Below, piece after piece: positions 1 to 7,298 of a stretch of DNA of 13,187 nucleotides. The notes beneath the pieces are model-generated. The model did not search any database. It was not told the DNA's origin and saw only the letters and a list, made by a program, of their open reading frames with translations. This stretch comes from Planctomycetota bacterium (GTDB lineage: Bacteria; Planctomycetota; SZUA-567; H5-PLA8). How positions within the stretch are numbered: position 1 is the stretch's first letter; each line of letters begins with the position of its first letter. Both the position numbers and the translations under genes were made by a program. The stretch is taken from NCBI GenBank assembly GCA_045863855.1, contig BTVV01000155.1, forward strand, positions 1-13,187, written 5' to 3'.

Positions 1-459
1 AAACCAAGCGCAGGTATCGCGACTAGTCCAAAGTAAGCGATATGCTGACCAACAGGTCCCTAGACTATGGTTGCCGTAGAGTCGCGGCTTCCACTGGTCG
101 CGGGTTCGCGTTTTTTGCTCAGGTGCGTACGTAGTCGAAGCCTCAATTGCACCTATGCATTAAGGTAATTTTATCTCTATAGAAGTCCTGAAACTCACCT
201 GAAGCGTAGAAGTCTGAGAATACAGGTGAACAGAAGGAGCGAGGTTCACGTAGTGCCTTAAAAGTACGACTCCAGTCAGTTGAAAACCGAGGAAAAAATC
301 ACAAGTGCGGTCTGAAAGAACGATGCTCATTCAAACTATAGGAAGCCGGCAAAGTGCCGATGAGTACGCAATGCAAGGGATACGAAGTTCGAGCCGCACA
401 ACGCACAAGTGCGCCCCATAGCGAATGGGGTGTCTCTTGATAAATCGAGATCGAGCCCT

Positions 460-1437
460 ATGTTACAAACTCTCAGCAAGCAATCTCAGAGGGCCGCTTC
501 GGGGATTATGACTCCACCCAGTCTCATTCCCGGCTTTGCGCTCCACGATAAAATCGCCGAAGGCGGATTTGCCGAGATCTACGATGGCGAAGAGTTGATC
601 AGTAAGAAAAAAGTAGCGATTAAAATCCTGCACCCGCGGCATCACACCAACAAATCGGAATTCAAGCGCCTGATCCATGAAGGCGGGATCGGGATGCGGA
701 TTCGAAACCACGACAACGTCGTCAAGTTCCTGCAGGTAGGCAAAGCGGGGCGTGCGCCGTACATCGTCATGGAGTTCATCGAAGGCCAGACGCTGCGCGA
801 AATTCTGCGTGACCGAAAGACACTTAATGACCGTGAAGTGGTGGTTCTTGCGCAGGCCATGGCTTCGGGTGTGCACTACATGCACGGTGAAGGCATTGTC
901 CACAAGGACATTAAGCCCGAAAACGTAATGTTGGGCCCGGACGGAACCATCAAGCTGATTGACCTGGGCTTCGCCGAATCGCTGACCAGCGTGAAGTGGA
1001 GCCTATTCGGCCGCAGTCTGGAGGGCAGCCCGGCTTACATGGCGCCTGAACTGTTGCGGTCGAAAAAGCCCAGCCCGGCCACCGACCTCTATGCCGTGGG
1101 CTGCACGCTCTACGAGGCCGCCACGGGTACCGCGCCGTTCACGGGACACTCGGATCAGGAAGTGCTGCAGAAGCAGCTCAATATGAACTTGGCCGCCGGT
1201 TCGATTCGCGAAAAGAACCAGGAAATTTCGCCTTACACCGAGCGGCTGATCTTGAACGCGCTCGAGAAGAATACTTCGAATCGCTACAAGTCGGTGGACG
1301 AATTCCGGCTCGAACTGCGCCGTAATCCGCACCTCAACAACAGCAGCAAACACATTCCCCTGCCCACGGGGTTCGCGCCACGCCGTCAGAACAGCAGCAC
1401 GCGGTCGTCTTCGCGTAACCGCATCTCAGGCACCTAA
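460..1437 (+). CDS. Hanks-type (eukaryote-like) serine/threonine protein kinase, cytoplasmic, kinase domain only
   Basis: Motifs in order: IAEGGFAEIY (Gly loop), VAIK, HDNVVK, IVMEFIEG, HKDIKPEN, IDLG, GSPAYMAPE, DLYAVG. No TM segment is visible and the tail is short and Ser/Arg-rich. The start is uncertain: GTG 409, ATG 460 or ATG 508 are all in frame. Confidence 0.95.
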   Translation: MLQTLSKQSQRAASGIMTPPSLIPGFALHDKIAEGGFAEIYDGEELISKKKVAIKILHPRHHTNKSEFKRLIHEGGIGMRIRNHDNVVKFLQVGKAGRAPYIVMEFIEGQTLREILRDRKTLNDREVVVLAQAMASGVHYMHGEGIVHKDIKPENVMLGPDGTIKLIDLGFAESLTSVKWSLFGRSLEGSPAYMAPELLRSKKPSPATDLYAVGCTLYEAATGTAPFTGHSDQEVLQKQLNMNLAAGSIREKNQEISPYTERLILNALEKNTSNRYKSVDEFRLELRRNPHLNNSSKHIPLPTGFAPRRQNSSTRSSSRNRISGT

Positions 1438-1580
1438 CTACGGTCAGGCTTTCCGAGCAGAGCCGTCCGGTTCGACCTTATTCTCCGCATCAAAGCTTCG
1501 GAGGATGGATCGGCATAATTGACGTAAGGCTAAAAACACCCCGAGCCGTGCGAGTTCGTCCATAAGTTCCGTCCCATCCC

Positions 1581-2747
1581 CTACCCCAGCTTGCCCAACA
1601 CCTCCCGGGCGATGATCAGGCGTTGGATCTGGCTGGTGCCTTCGCCGATCTCGTAGAGCTTGGCGTCGCGGTAGAAGCGTTCGACGGGGAAGTCTTTCGT
1701 ATAGCCGTAGCCGCCGAGCACCTGGACGGCATCGGAGCAGATGCGGACGCAAGCTTCGCTGGCGTAGAGTTTGGCGATGCTGGCTTGGCGCACATGCGGG
1801 CGGCCGGCGTCGCGGAGCTGCGCCGCGCGGTACGTGAAGAGCCGCGCGGTTTCGAGCCCCACGGCCATATCTGCGATCAATTGGCCGATGGCCTGGAAGC
1901 TTCCGATGGGCGCGCCGAACTGGCGCCGTTCTGACGCATAGCCGGCCGCGGCTTCGTAGGCGGCCTCGCCCAGGCCCACGGCCTGAGCGGCAATGCCGAC
2001 GCGCCCGCCCACCAGAGTATCCATAAAAATCTTCCAGCCGTCGTTCTCCTCGCCCAGCAGGTTCTCGGCCGGCACTTCGGCATCCTGGAAGAGCAGTTCG
2101 CCCCAGTCGCTGCCGCGCATGCCTAGCTTCTTGTCGCCGTTCCCGACACTGAACCCGGGCGTCTTCTTCTCCACGACCAGTGCGCTGATGCCCTTCGGCC
2201 CCGGCCCGCCAGTGCGCACGGCGACCACATACAAGTCGGCCACGTGCGCGTTGGTGATGAAAATCTTGGAGCCGTTGAGGATGTACTTATCGCCCTTCTT
2301 GATGGCGGCCGTCTGCAGCGCGCTGGCGTCGCTGCCGCTGCCGGCTTCGGTGAGCCCAAAGGATGCGATCTTCTTACCGATGCACAGGTCAGGCAGCCAG
2401 CGCTTCTTCTGTGCTTCGGTGCCGAATTTGGCGATGGGGGAGGTGCCCAGCGAGATGTGCGCACCGACGGACAGCGCCGTGCTCGCACAGGCCGTGGCAA
2501 GCTCTTCGCAGACGGTGACGGCGCAAAGGTTGTTGAGTCCCATGCCGCCGTACGCTTCGGAAAAAGGCACGCCCAACAGTTGCAGCTCGCCCAGTCGATT
2601 CCAAACTTGCCGCGGGATGCGCTCCTTCTCGTCGATCTCCGGCGCCAGCGGTGTCAACTCGCTGCGCGCGAACTGGCGCACGGTCTCGCGAACGAGGCCT
2701 TGATCTTCGGTCAAGTTGAGCGGTTCGAAGGCGTCCGAATGGCTCAT
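1581..2747 (-). CDS. Acyl-CoA dehydrogenase (short/branched-chain type)
   Basis: Motifs [48 protein letters not shown] and [20 protein letters not shown]. An AGAGGAG RBS lies ~10 nt upstream of the ATG on the minus strand. Confidence 0.97.
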   Translation of the reverse strand: MSHSDAFEPLNLTEDQGLVRETVRQFARSELTPLAPEIDEKERIPRQVWNRLGELQLLGVPFSEAYGGMGLNNLCAVTVCEELATACASTALSVGAHISLGTSPIAKFGTEAQKKRWLPDLCIGKKIASFGLTEAGSGSDASALQTAAIKKGDKYILNGSKIFITNAHVADLYVVAVRTGGPGPKGISALVVEKKTPGFSVGNGDKKLGMRGSDWGELLFQDAEVPAENLLGEENDGWKIFMDTLVGGRVGIAAQAVGLGEAAYEAAAGYASERRQFGAPIGSFQAIGQLIADMAVGLETARLFTYRAAQLRDAGRPHVRQASIAKLYASEACVRICSDAVQVLGGYGYTKDFPVERFYRDAKLYEIGEGTSQIQRLIIAREVLGKLG

Positions 2748-2859
2748 GAGCGCGAAGCTCCTCTGCTGGTAACGTGGTTAGCTGGACCGGCCGAGGGCTT
2801 TCTGTACCATAGCCCGGACTCATTTAGTAGCGCCAAAGTCTTCAGGAGCCACCTGTTCC

Positions 2860-3720
2860 GTGCCCCCCGCCGGCCCCTTGTTTTCTTCCACGCAAGCCGC
2901 CGCCGAGTTCGCGCGGGCTCTGCCCACGCGCGCCTTGGGGCGAGCATTGCGCTACGCCGCGCGCGTCACCTCGACCAACGATCTCGCATCGGATGCCGCG
3001 CGCGGACACGCTCCGCATGGGTCGGTCTTCGTCGCCGACGAGCAGAGTAAAGGCCGCGGCCGGCGCGGGCGCACTTGGGAAGCGCCGGCGGGCGCGGCGC
3101 TCCTATTCAGCGTGCTAGTGCGCGAACCGCGGTTGGCCGCCGAGCGCTACGGTTGGCTGGCGCTGGCGGCCGGCCTTGCGGCCAGCGAAGCTCTGCGTGA
3201 AACCGCCGGCGTGGCGGCCGTGCCCAAATGGCCCAACGATATCGTCGTCCGCGGAACATCAACGGATCAGGCGCCCTGGCGAAAACTCGGCGGCGTGCTG
3301 TGCGAAAGCCTGCTGCCTGCCGGCGGTCCCGCTCAGCCCGGCTACGTCGTCATCGGGATAGGCCTGAACGTGACCCAGGATGCTTCCGAGTTACCCCCCT
3401 TGCCTAAAGCTCCGGCCACCAGTGTCCTGCTCGAAACGGGCAACCTCATCCCGCGTTCGGATCTGTTTGCGGCGGTACTGGTTGAACTCGAACGCCGGCT
3501 CGACGACCTGTGCGAATCCGATGCGTTCGTACGTTTTCGGGCCGAACTGGATGCGCGCATGGAGCACGCGTGGAGCGGCCTGAACTTGCGCATAAGCCAA
3601 GCCGGACGCGAACGAAGCGGGCGGTTCGCCGGGCTGGATGACCATGGGCGGCTGCGACTGCTCGGCGCAAACGGCTCCGTGGAGTACTGGTCCGACGCCG
3701 AAATTTTGGGCTTGGAATAA
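2860..3720 (+). CDS. birA: Biotin--[acetyl-CoA carboxylase] ligase, group I (no N-terminal HTH)
   Basis: Motifs STND, QSKGRGRRGRTW, KWPND, KLGGVL, IGIGLN and a C-terminal GLDDHGRL. AGGAG at 2844-2848 precedes the GTG start. Confidence 0.95.
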   Translation: MPPAGPLFSSTQAAAEFARALPTRALGRALRYAARVTSTNDLASDAARGHAPHGSVFVADEQSKGRGRRGRTWEAPAGAALLFSVLVREPRLAAERYGWLALAAGLAASEALRETAGVAAVPKWPNDIVVRGTSTDQAPWRKLGGVLCESLLPAGGPAQPGYVVIGIGLNVTQDASELPPLPKAPATSVLLETGNLIPRSDLFAAVLVELERRLDDLCESDAFVRFRAELDARMEHAWSGLNLRISQAGRERSGRFAGLDDHGRLRLLGANGSVEYWSDAEILGLE

Positions 3721-3854
3721 TGCGCGCTGAAGCGTGGCGCGGCGGCATTTACCGCTGTTTTCCGCCCCCTAAATCCGGTCACGATGGAATTGATGGTAGC
3801 AAGCGGACGCGTCGTCGGCATACTCGTGCCGCAACCCCTCCAAGGAGCAGGCGC

Positions 3855-4892
3855 ATGGCGTTTCGATTCGAGCGGCATCCCGCAAATCCGATCGTCTGGC
3901 CCGGCGAGCAACCGTGGCGGCGCGCGGTCACGTTCAATCCCGGCGTCCTGTTGGACGACGACGGGCGCTTTTACCTCTACGAGCGCGCCGCGGGGCAACT
4001 CCGCCCGTTCTACTGCTACATCGGGATGCTCGAGAGCGACGACGGCGTTCGATTCAAGATGACGCGTGAAGAGCCGGTCTTCACGCCCGAAATGGCCGGC
4101 AGCGCATACGGCAGCGTACAGGACCCGCGCGTGGCGAAGCTGGACGGCCGCTACTGGATGACTTACGCCTACCGTCCTTTCGCGTGGGAGAGCCATCCGA
4201 CAGGGATCGGCGTGCCCGATTCATTCGAGCCTAAGCTGCCGGGCTTCGACGGGGACAGTTCGAAAAACCTGACCCGCAGCGGTCTGGCGGTAAGCGACGA
4301 CCGCGTGACGTGGAAGCACTTCGCCTGGATCACTCCGGCGGATATCGACGACCGCGACGTGATCCTGTTCCCGGAAAAGATCGCCGGCCAGTACGTGGTG
4401 CTGCGCCGGCCCAGGGACTACGTGGGCCCAAAGTATGGGACCGACTACCCCAGCATCTGGTTGAGCCGCAGTTCGGATCTACGCACGTGGTCGGACCCGG
4501 TCCTGGTCGCCAAGCCCGCATTTCGCTGGGAAGATAATCGCATCGGCGGAAGCACGCCGCCCATCAAAACGGCACGCGGGTGGCTGGTGCTGTACCACGG
4601 CGTCGAGAATCAGGATCCGAAAGTCAAACGGGTTTGCTACCGGCTGGGCGCGATGCTGCTGGACCTGCACGATCCGACCAGAGTCGTCGCCCGCGCTCCG
4701 CATTTCGTGATGGAACCGGAGACGTATTACGAAAAATTCGGGCTGTATATTCCCAACGTTATCTTCCCGACGGCCAATGTGGTGAAGGACGGTACGCTGA
4801 TGCTTTACTACGGAGTCTGCGACACCGCTATCGCGCTGGCGACCTGCGAACTGGACGAACTGGTGGAGCACGTCTGGCAGACAGGACGGTAG
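3855..4892 (+). CDS. Glycoside hydrolase family 130 protein (probable beta-mannoside/glycoside phosphorylase, five-bladed beta-propeller)
   Basis: Motifs RHPANPI, FNPG, QDPRV, DRDVILFPEKI, RIGGSTPPIKTARGWLVLYHG, LLDLHDP, EPETYYE and PNVIFP. I moved the start from the ORF-track 3720 to ATG 3855 because AGGAG sits at 3843-3847. Confidence 0.9.
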   Translation: MAFRFERHPANPIVWPGEQPWRRAVTFNPGVLLDDDGRFYLYERAAGQLRPFYCYIGMLESDDGVRFKMTREEPVFTPEMAGSAYGSVQDPRVAKLDGRYWMTYAYRPFAWESHPTGIGVPDSFEPKLPGFDGDSSKNLTRSGLAVSDDRVTWKHFAWITPADIDDRDVILFPEKIAGQYVVLRRPRDYVGPKYGTDYPSIWLSRSSDLRTWSDPVLVAKPAFRWEDNRIGGSTPPIKTARGWLVLYHGVENQDPKVKRVCYRLGAMLLDLHDPTRVVARAPHFVMEPETYYEKFGLYIPNVIFPTANVVKDGTLMLYYGVCDTAIALATCELDELVEHVWQTGR

Positions 4893-5240
4893 TTATTCCG
4901 CCGGCTCGTAACTGAAGGTGAGCGGGAACTTGGCGGTACGCGCCTTGCTGTGCGCCTGTTCGACGCGGTGTTCGGCTTCTTCGAGCGGCAAAATGGCCAC
5001 CAATGCCACGCCGGTTACGTGCGCCGTCAGCATGATGCGGATGGATTCGGCGACCCCCTTCCTGAAAATGTCACGAAGCACGGCCACGACAAACTCCATG
5101 GGGGTCACGTCGTCGTTGTGAATCAGGACGCGGTACTGCGGGGCCAGGCGCACCTTATCCTTTACTTCGGGCTCGACTTGACGCTTGGGCTGGACGGGAG
5201 GCGCCTGAGGCAACGCGGCGACGATTCTGCTCATCCGCAT
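4893..5240 (-). CDS. clpS: ATP-dependent Clp protease adaptor ClpS (N-degron recognin)
   Basis: YRVLIHNDDVTPMEFVVAVL..IF, MLTAHVTG.A.V and C-terminal FPLTFSYEP match the ClpS signature. The start is ATG 5240 or 5234. Confidence 0.95.
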   Translation of the reverse strand: MRMSRIVAALPQAPPVQPKRQVEPEVKDKVRLAPQYRVLIHNDDVTPMEFVVAVLRDIFRKGVAESIRIMLTAHVTGVALVAILPLEEAEHRVEQAHSKARTAKFPLTFSYEPAE

Positions 5241-5269
5241 TCTTCCAACATCCTTCTCTCGGTCGCGTT

Positions 5270-5278
5270 TATACTATA
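5270..5278. promoter_or_regulatory. Putative overlapping divergent -10 elements (TATACT on +, TATAGT on -) between clpS and the PAS-like gene
   Basis: TATACTATA at 5270-5278, within the short intergenic gap between two divergent genes. It gives a TAnnnT hexamer on each strand. No convincing -35 was identified. Confidence 0.45.
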
Positions 5279-5326
5279 GGGGCCTGACGTATTTCGGAAG
5301 GCTTGGCTTCGGATCTCCCTCCACAC

Positions 5327-5902
5327 ATGAGCAATAATGCGCAGGAACTCGACGTCGAGTACATCCTCGATGAGCATGACCGCATCCTGAGTTTTAACGA
5401 CGGATTTCGTGTTTTTGCTCAAGAAAACGATGCGTGCAGCCTGCTTCCCAAGGTATTGGGATCGAAGTTGTGGGACCATATCGCCGGTCTCGAAATTCGC
5501 GAAATGTACCGCCTGCTTCTGAATCAGGTGAGGCTCAAGGGCCATTCCATCCGCGTTCCCTACCGCTGCGATGCACCCTGGATGCTGCGCGATCTCGAAC
5601 TGGAATTGGAACCCCTCCCCGGCGGGCTCGTTCGGATCCGTTCCCGAACGAGGCGGCTAGAGCAGCGGCAAGCGCTCGCACTGCTGGATCCGCGGACGGA
5701 GCGCGATCCCACGCGCTTGCTGATCGTGTGTTCCTGGTGCAAGCGCATCCAAGACGGTTCGGCCTGGGTCGAACCCGATGCCTACCTGCAGACGCACCGG
5801 CTGTTGGCGGCGCAAGTGTTGCCTCAGATTTCCCACGGGATGTGCGGTGACTGCCGCACCCGCGTGTTTGCGGCTCTGGACTTGGACAGCACGGGAGTTT
5901 GA
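5327..5902 (+). CDS. Hypothetical protein: N-terminal PAS-like domain plus C-terminal CxxC...HxxCxxC putative metal-binding module
   Basis: The N-terminus reads like a PAS start (YILDEHDRILSFNDGF...VLG..LWDHI) and includes YRCDAP. The C-terminus has CSWCKRI..W..YL...ISHGMCGDC. ATG 5327 is preferred over TTG 5303. Confidence 0.75.
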   Translation: MSNNAQELDVEYILDEHDRILSFNDGFRVFAQENDACSLLPKVLGSKLWDHIAGLEIREMYRLLLNQVRLKGHSIRVPYRCDAPWMLRDLELELEPLPGGLVRIRSRTRRLEQRQALALLDPRTERDPTRLLIVCSWCKRIQDGSAWVEPDAYLQTHRLLAAQVLPQISHGMCGDCRTRVFAALDLDSTGV

Positions 5903-6058
5903 CGCTTGTCAAGCCGCCCGCGTACCGGACCCATGAAGCCTCGTCCCTGAGCTTGACCGGCGTGCTGCCATGTGACAGTTTGGACGTTTCCAAGCCGCAC
6001 TTTCGAAACTCGGGTGAAGCGAGCCACGATCCACAGGGATTGAGGGAGATCACGTTTT

Positions 6059-7234
6059 ATGGCCAAGCCAAAGCTCAACATTGCTCTGATCGGTACCAAG
6101 TTCATGGGCAAAGCGCACAGCAACGCGTGGGCGCAAGTCGCGCACTTCTTCGACTTGCCCGTACAGCCGGTGATGAAGGTAATTGTCGGCCGGGATGCGA
6201 AAGGCACCCAGAAAATGGCCGACCAGTGGGGCTGGCAGGAAGCGGCCACCGACTGGAAAGAAGTCATCAAGCGCAAGGATATCGACTTGGTCGACGTCTC
6301 GACGCCCAACAACCTGCACGCCGAGATGTCCATCGCGGCGCTGAAGGCCGGGAAGCACGTCGTCTGCGAGAAGCCGTTGGCCAAGTCGGTGAAAGAATGC
6401 GAGTCGATGGTCAAGGCGGCCGAAGCGGCGAAGAAGGCGAACTTCGTCTGCTACAACTACCGGCGCGTGCCGGCGGTCTCGCTCGCCCGGCAGCTCGTGC
6501 AGGAAGGCAAGATTGGGCGCGTGTACCACGTGCGCTGCTTGTATTTGCAGAGCTGGATCATGGACCCGAACTTCCCGCTGGTCTGGCGGCTGCAGGGCGA
6601 TATCGCCGGCAGCGGCCCGCACGGGGACTTGAACGCTCACATCATCGACGCGGCGCGGTTCATCACCGGCGAAGAAGTGACCGAGGTGAGCGCGGCGTTC
6701 GAGACGTTCATCAAGGAGCGCCCGCTGGGCGCGATGACGGGCGGACTGAGCGCCAGCGGCGGCAGCAAAAAGGGCAAAGTGACCGTCGAAGACGCGGCGC
6801 TGCTGATCGGCCGGATGAGCGGCGGGGCGCTGTGCAGCTTCGAGGCCACGCGCTTCGCGCAGGGCCGCAAGAACGGCAACTCGATCGAGATTAACGGCGA
6901 GAAGGGCGCGATTCGCTTCGAGTTCGAAGACATGAACCGGTTGAAGTTCTACGACGCCACGAAACCCAGCTACCTGCAGGGCTGGACGGACATCCTGGCC
7001 ACCGAAGCCAACCATCCGTACTTCGGCGCGTACTGGCCCGCCGGACACATCATCGGATACGAGCATACGTTCATCAATATCGCCTACGACGTACTGACCG
7101 CCGTCGGCAAGGGTGGCGCGGCGTTAAAGAATCTCGGGCCCACGTTCGCCGACAGCACCAATACACAGCGCGTGTTGGAGGCAGCCGAGAAGAGCGCCAA
7201 GTCCCGTAAGTGGGTGGCGACCGGTTGTAAGTAG
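6059..7234 (+). CDS. Gfo/Idh/MocA family NAD(P)-dependent oxidoreductase (probable sugar/inositol dehydrogenase)
   Basis: Rossmann start NIALIGTKFMGKAH, followed by STPNNLH, GKHVVCEKP, NYRRVPA, WRLQ..IAGSG..GDLNAHIID and WPAGHIIGYEHTF. A GAGGGAG RBS lies upstream. Confidence 0.95.
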   Translation: MAKPKLNIALIGTKFMGKAHSNAWAQVAHFFDLPVQPVMKVIVGRDAKGTQKMADQWGWQEAATDWKEVIKRKDIDLVDVSTPNNLHAEMSIAALKAGKHVVCEKPLAKSVKECESMVKAAEAAKKANFVCYNYRRVPAVSLARQLVQEGKIGRVYHVRCLYLQSWIMDPNFPLVWRLQGDIAGSGPHGDLNAHIIDAARFITGEEVTEVSAAFETFIKERPLGAMTGGLSASGGSKKGKVTVEDAALLIGRMSGGALCSFEATRFAQGRKNGNSIEINGEKGAIRFEFEDMNRLKFYDATKPSYLQGWTDILATEANHPYFGAYWPAGHIIGYEHTFINIAYDVLTAVGKGGAALKNLGPTFADSTNTQRVLEAAEKSAKSRKWVATGCK

Positions 7235-7266
7235 CGCACGTTTGTAGCCGTCAAAACTTGCAAACG

Positions 7267-7298
7267 AGCGGACCGGCATACGCCGGTCCGCTTTTTTT
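7267..7298 (+). terminator. Rho-independent terminator after the oxidoreductase
   Basis: An 11-bp stem AGCGGACCGGC / GCCGGTCCGCT with an ATAC loop, followed by a T-run, ~30 nt after the stop codon. It abuts the stop of the convergent gene. Confidence 0.9.

Noticed and set aside
341..400. GGCAAA...ACGCAA segment reminiscent of a c-di-GMP-I riboswitch
   Set aside because: It lacks the GNRA tetraloop/receptor and convincing P1-P3 pairing. The resemblance is limited to two short words.
1438..1580. Convergent intergenic gap examined for a tRNA, sRNA or terminator (contains GGTTCGA)
   Set aside because: There is no cloverleaf or acceptor stem around the T-loop-like word and no stem plus U-tract.
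1993..3050. 236-aa and 268-aa plus-strand ORFs over the acyl-CoA dehydrogenase
   Set aside because: Antisense shadows of a conserved gene, with no independent evidence.
3720..3854. 45-aa N-terminal extension of GH130, which would suggest coupling to the birA stop (TAATG overlap)
   Set aside because: The extension is low-complexity and not family-like, and a strong AGGAG precedes ATG 3855, where GH130 similarity begins.
6050..7066. 338-aa antisense ORF, and the 331-aa off-frame ORF at 5899-6894, overlapping the oxidoreductase
   Set aside because: Both lie largely within a well-supported gene and have the Arg/Ala-rich, motif-free composition expected from GC bias.
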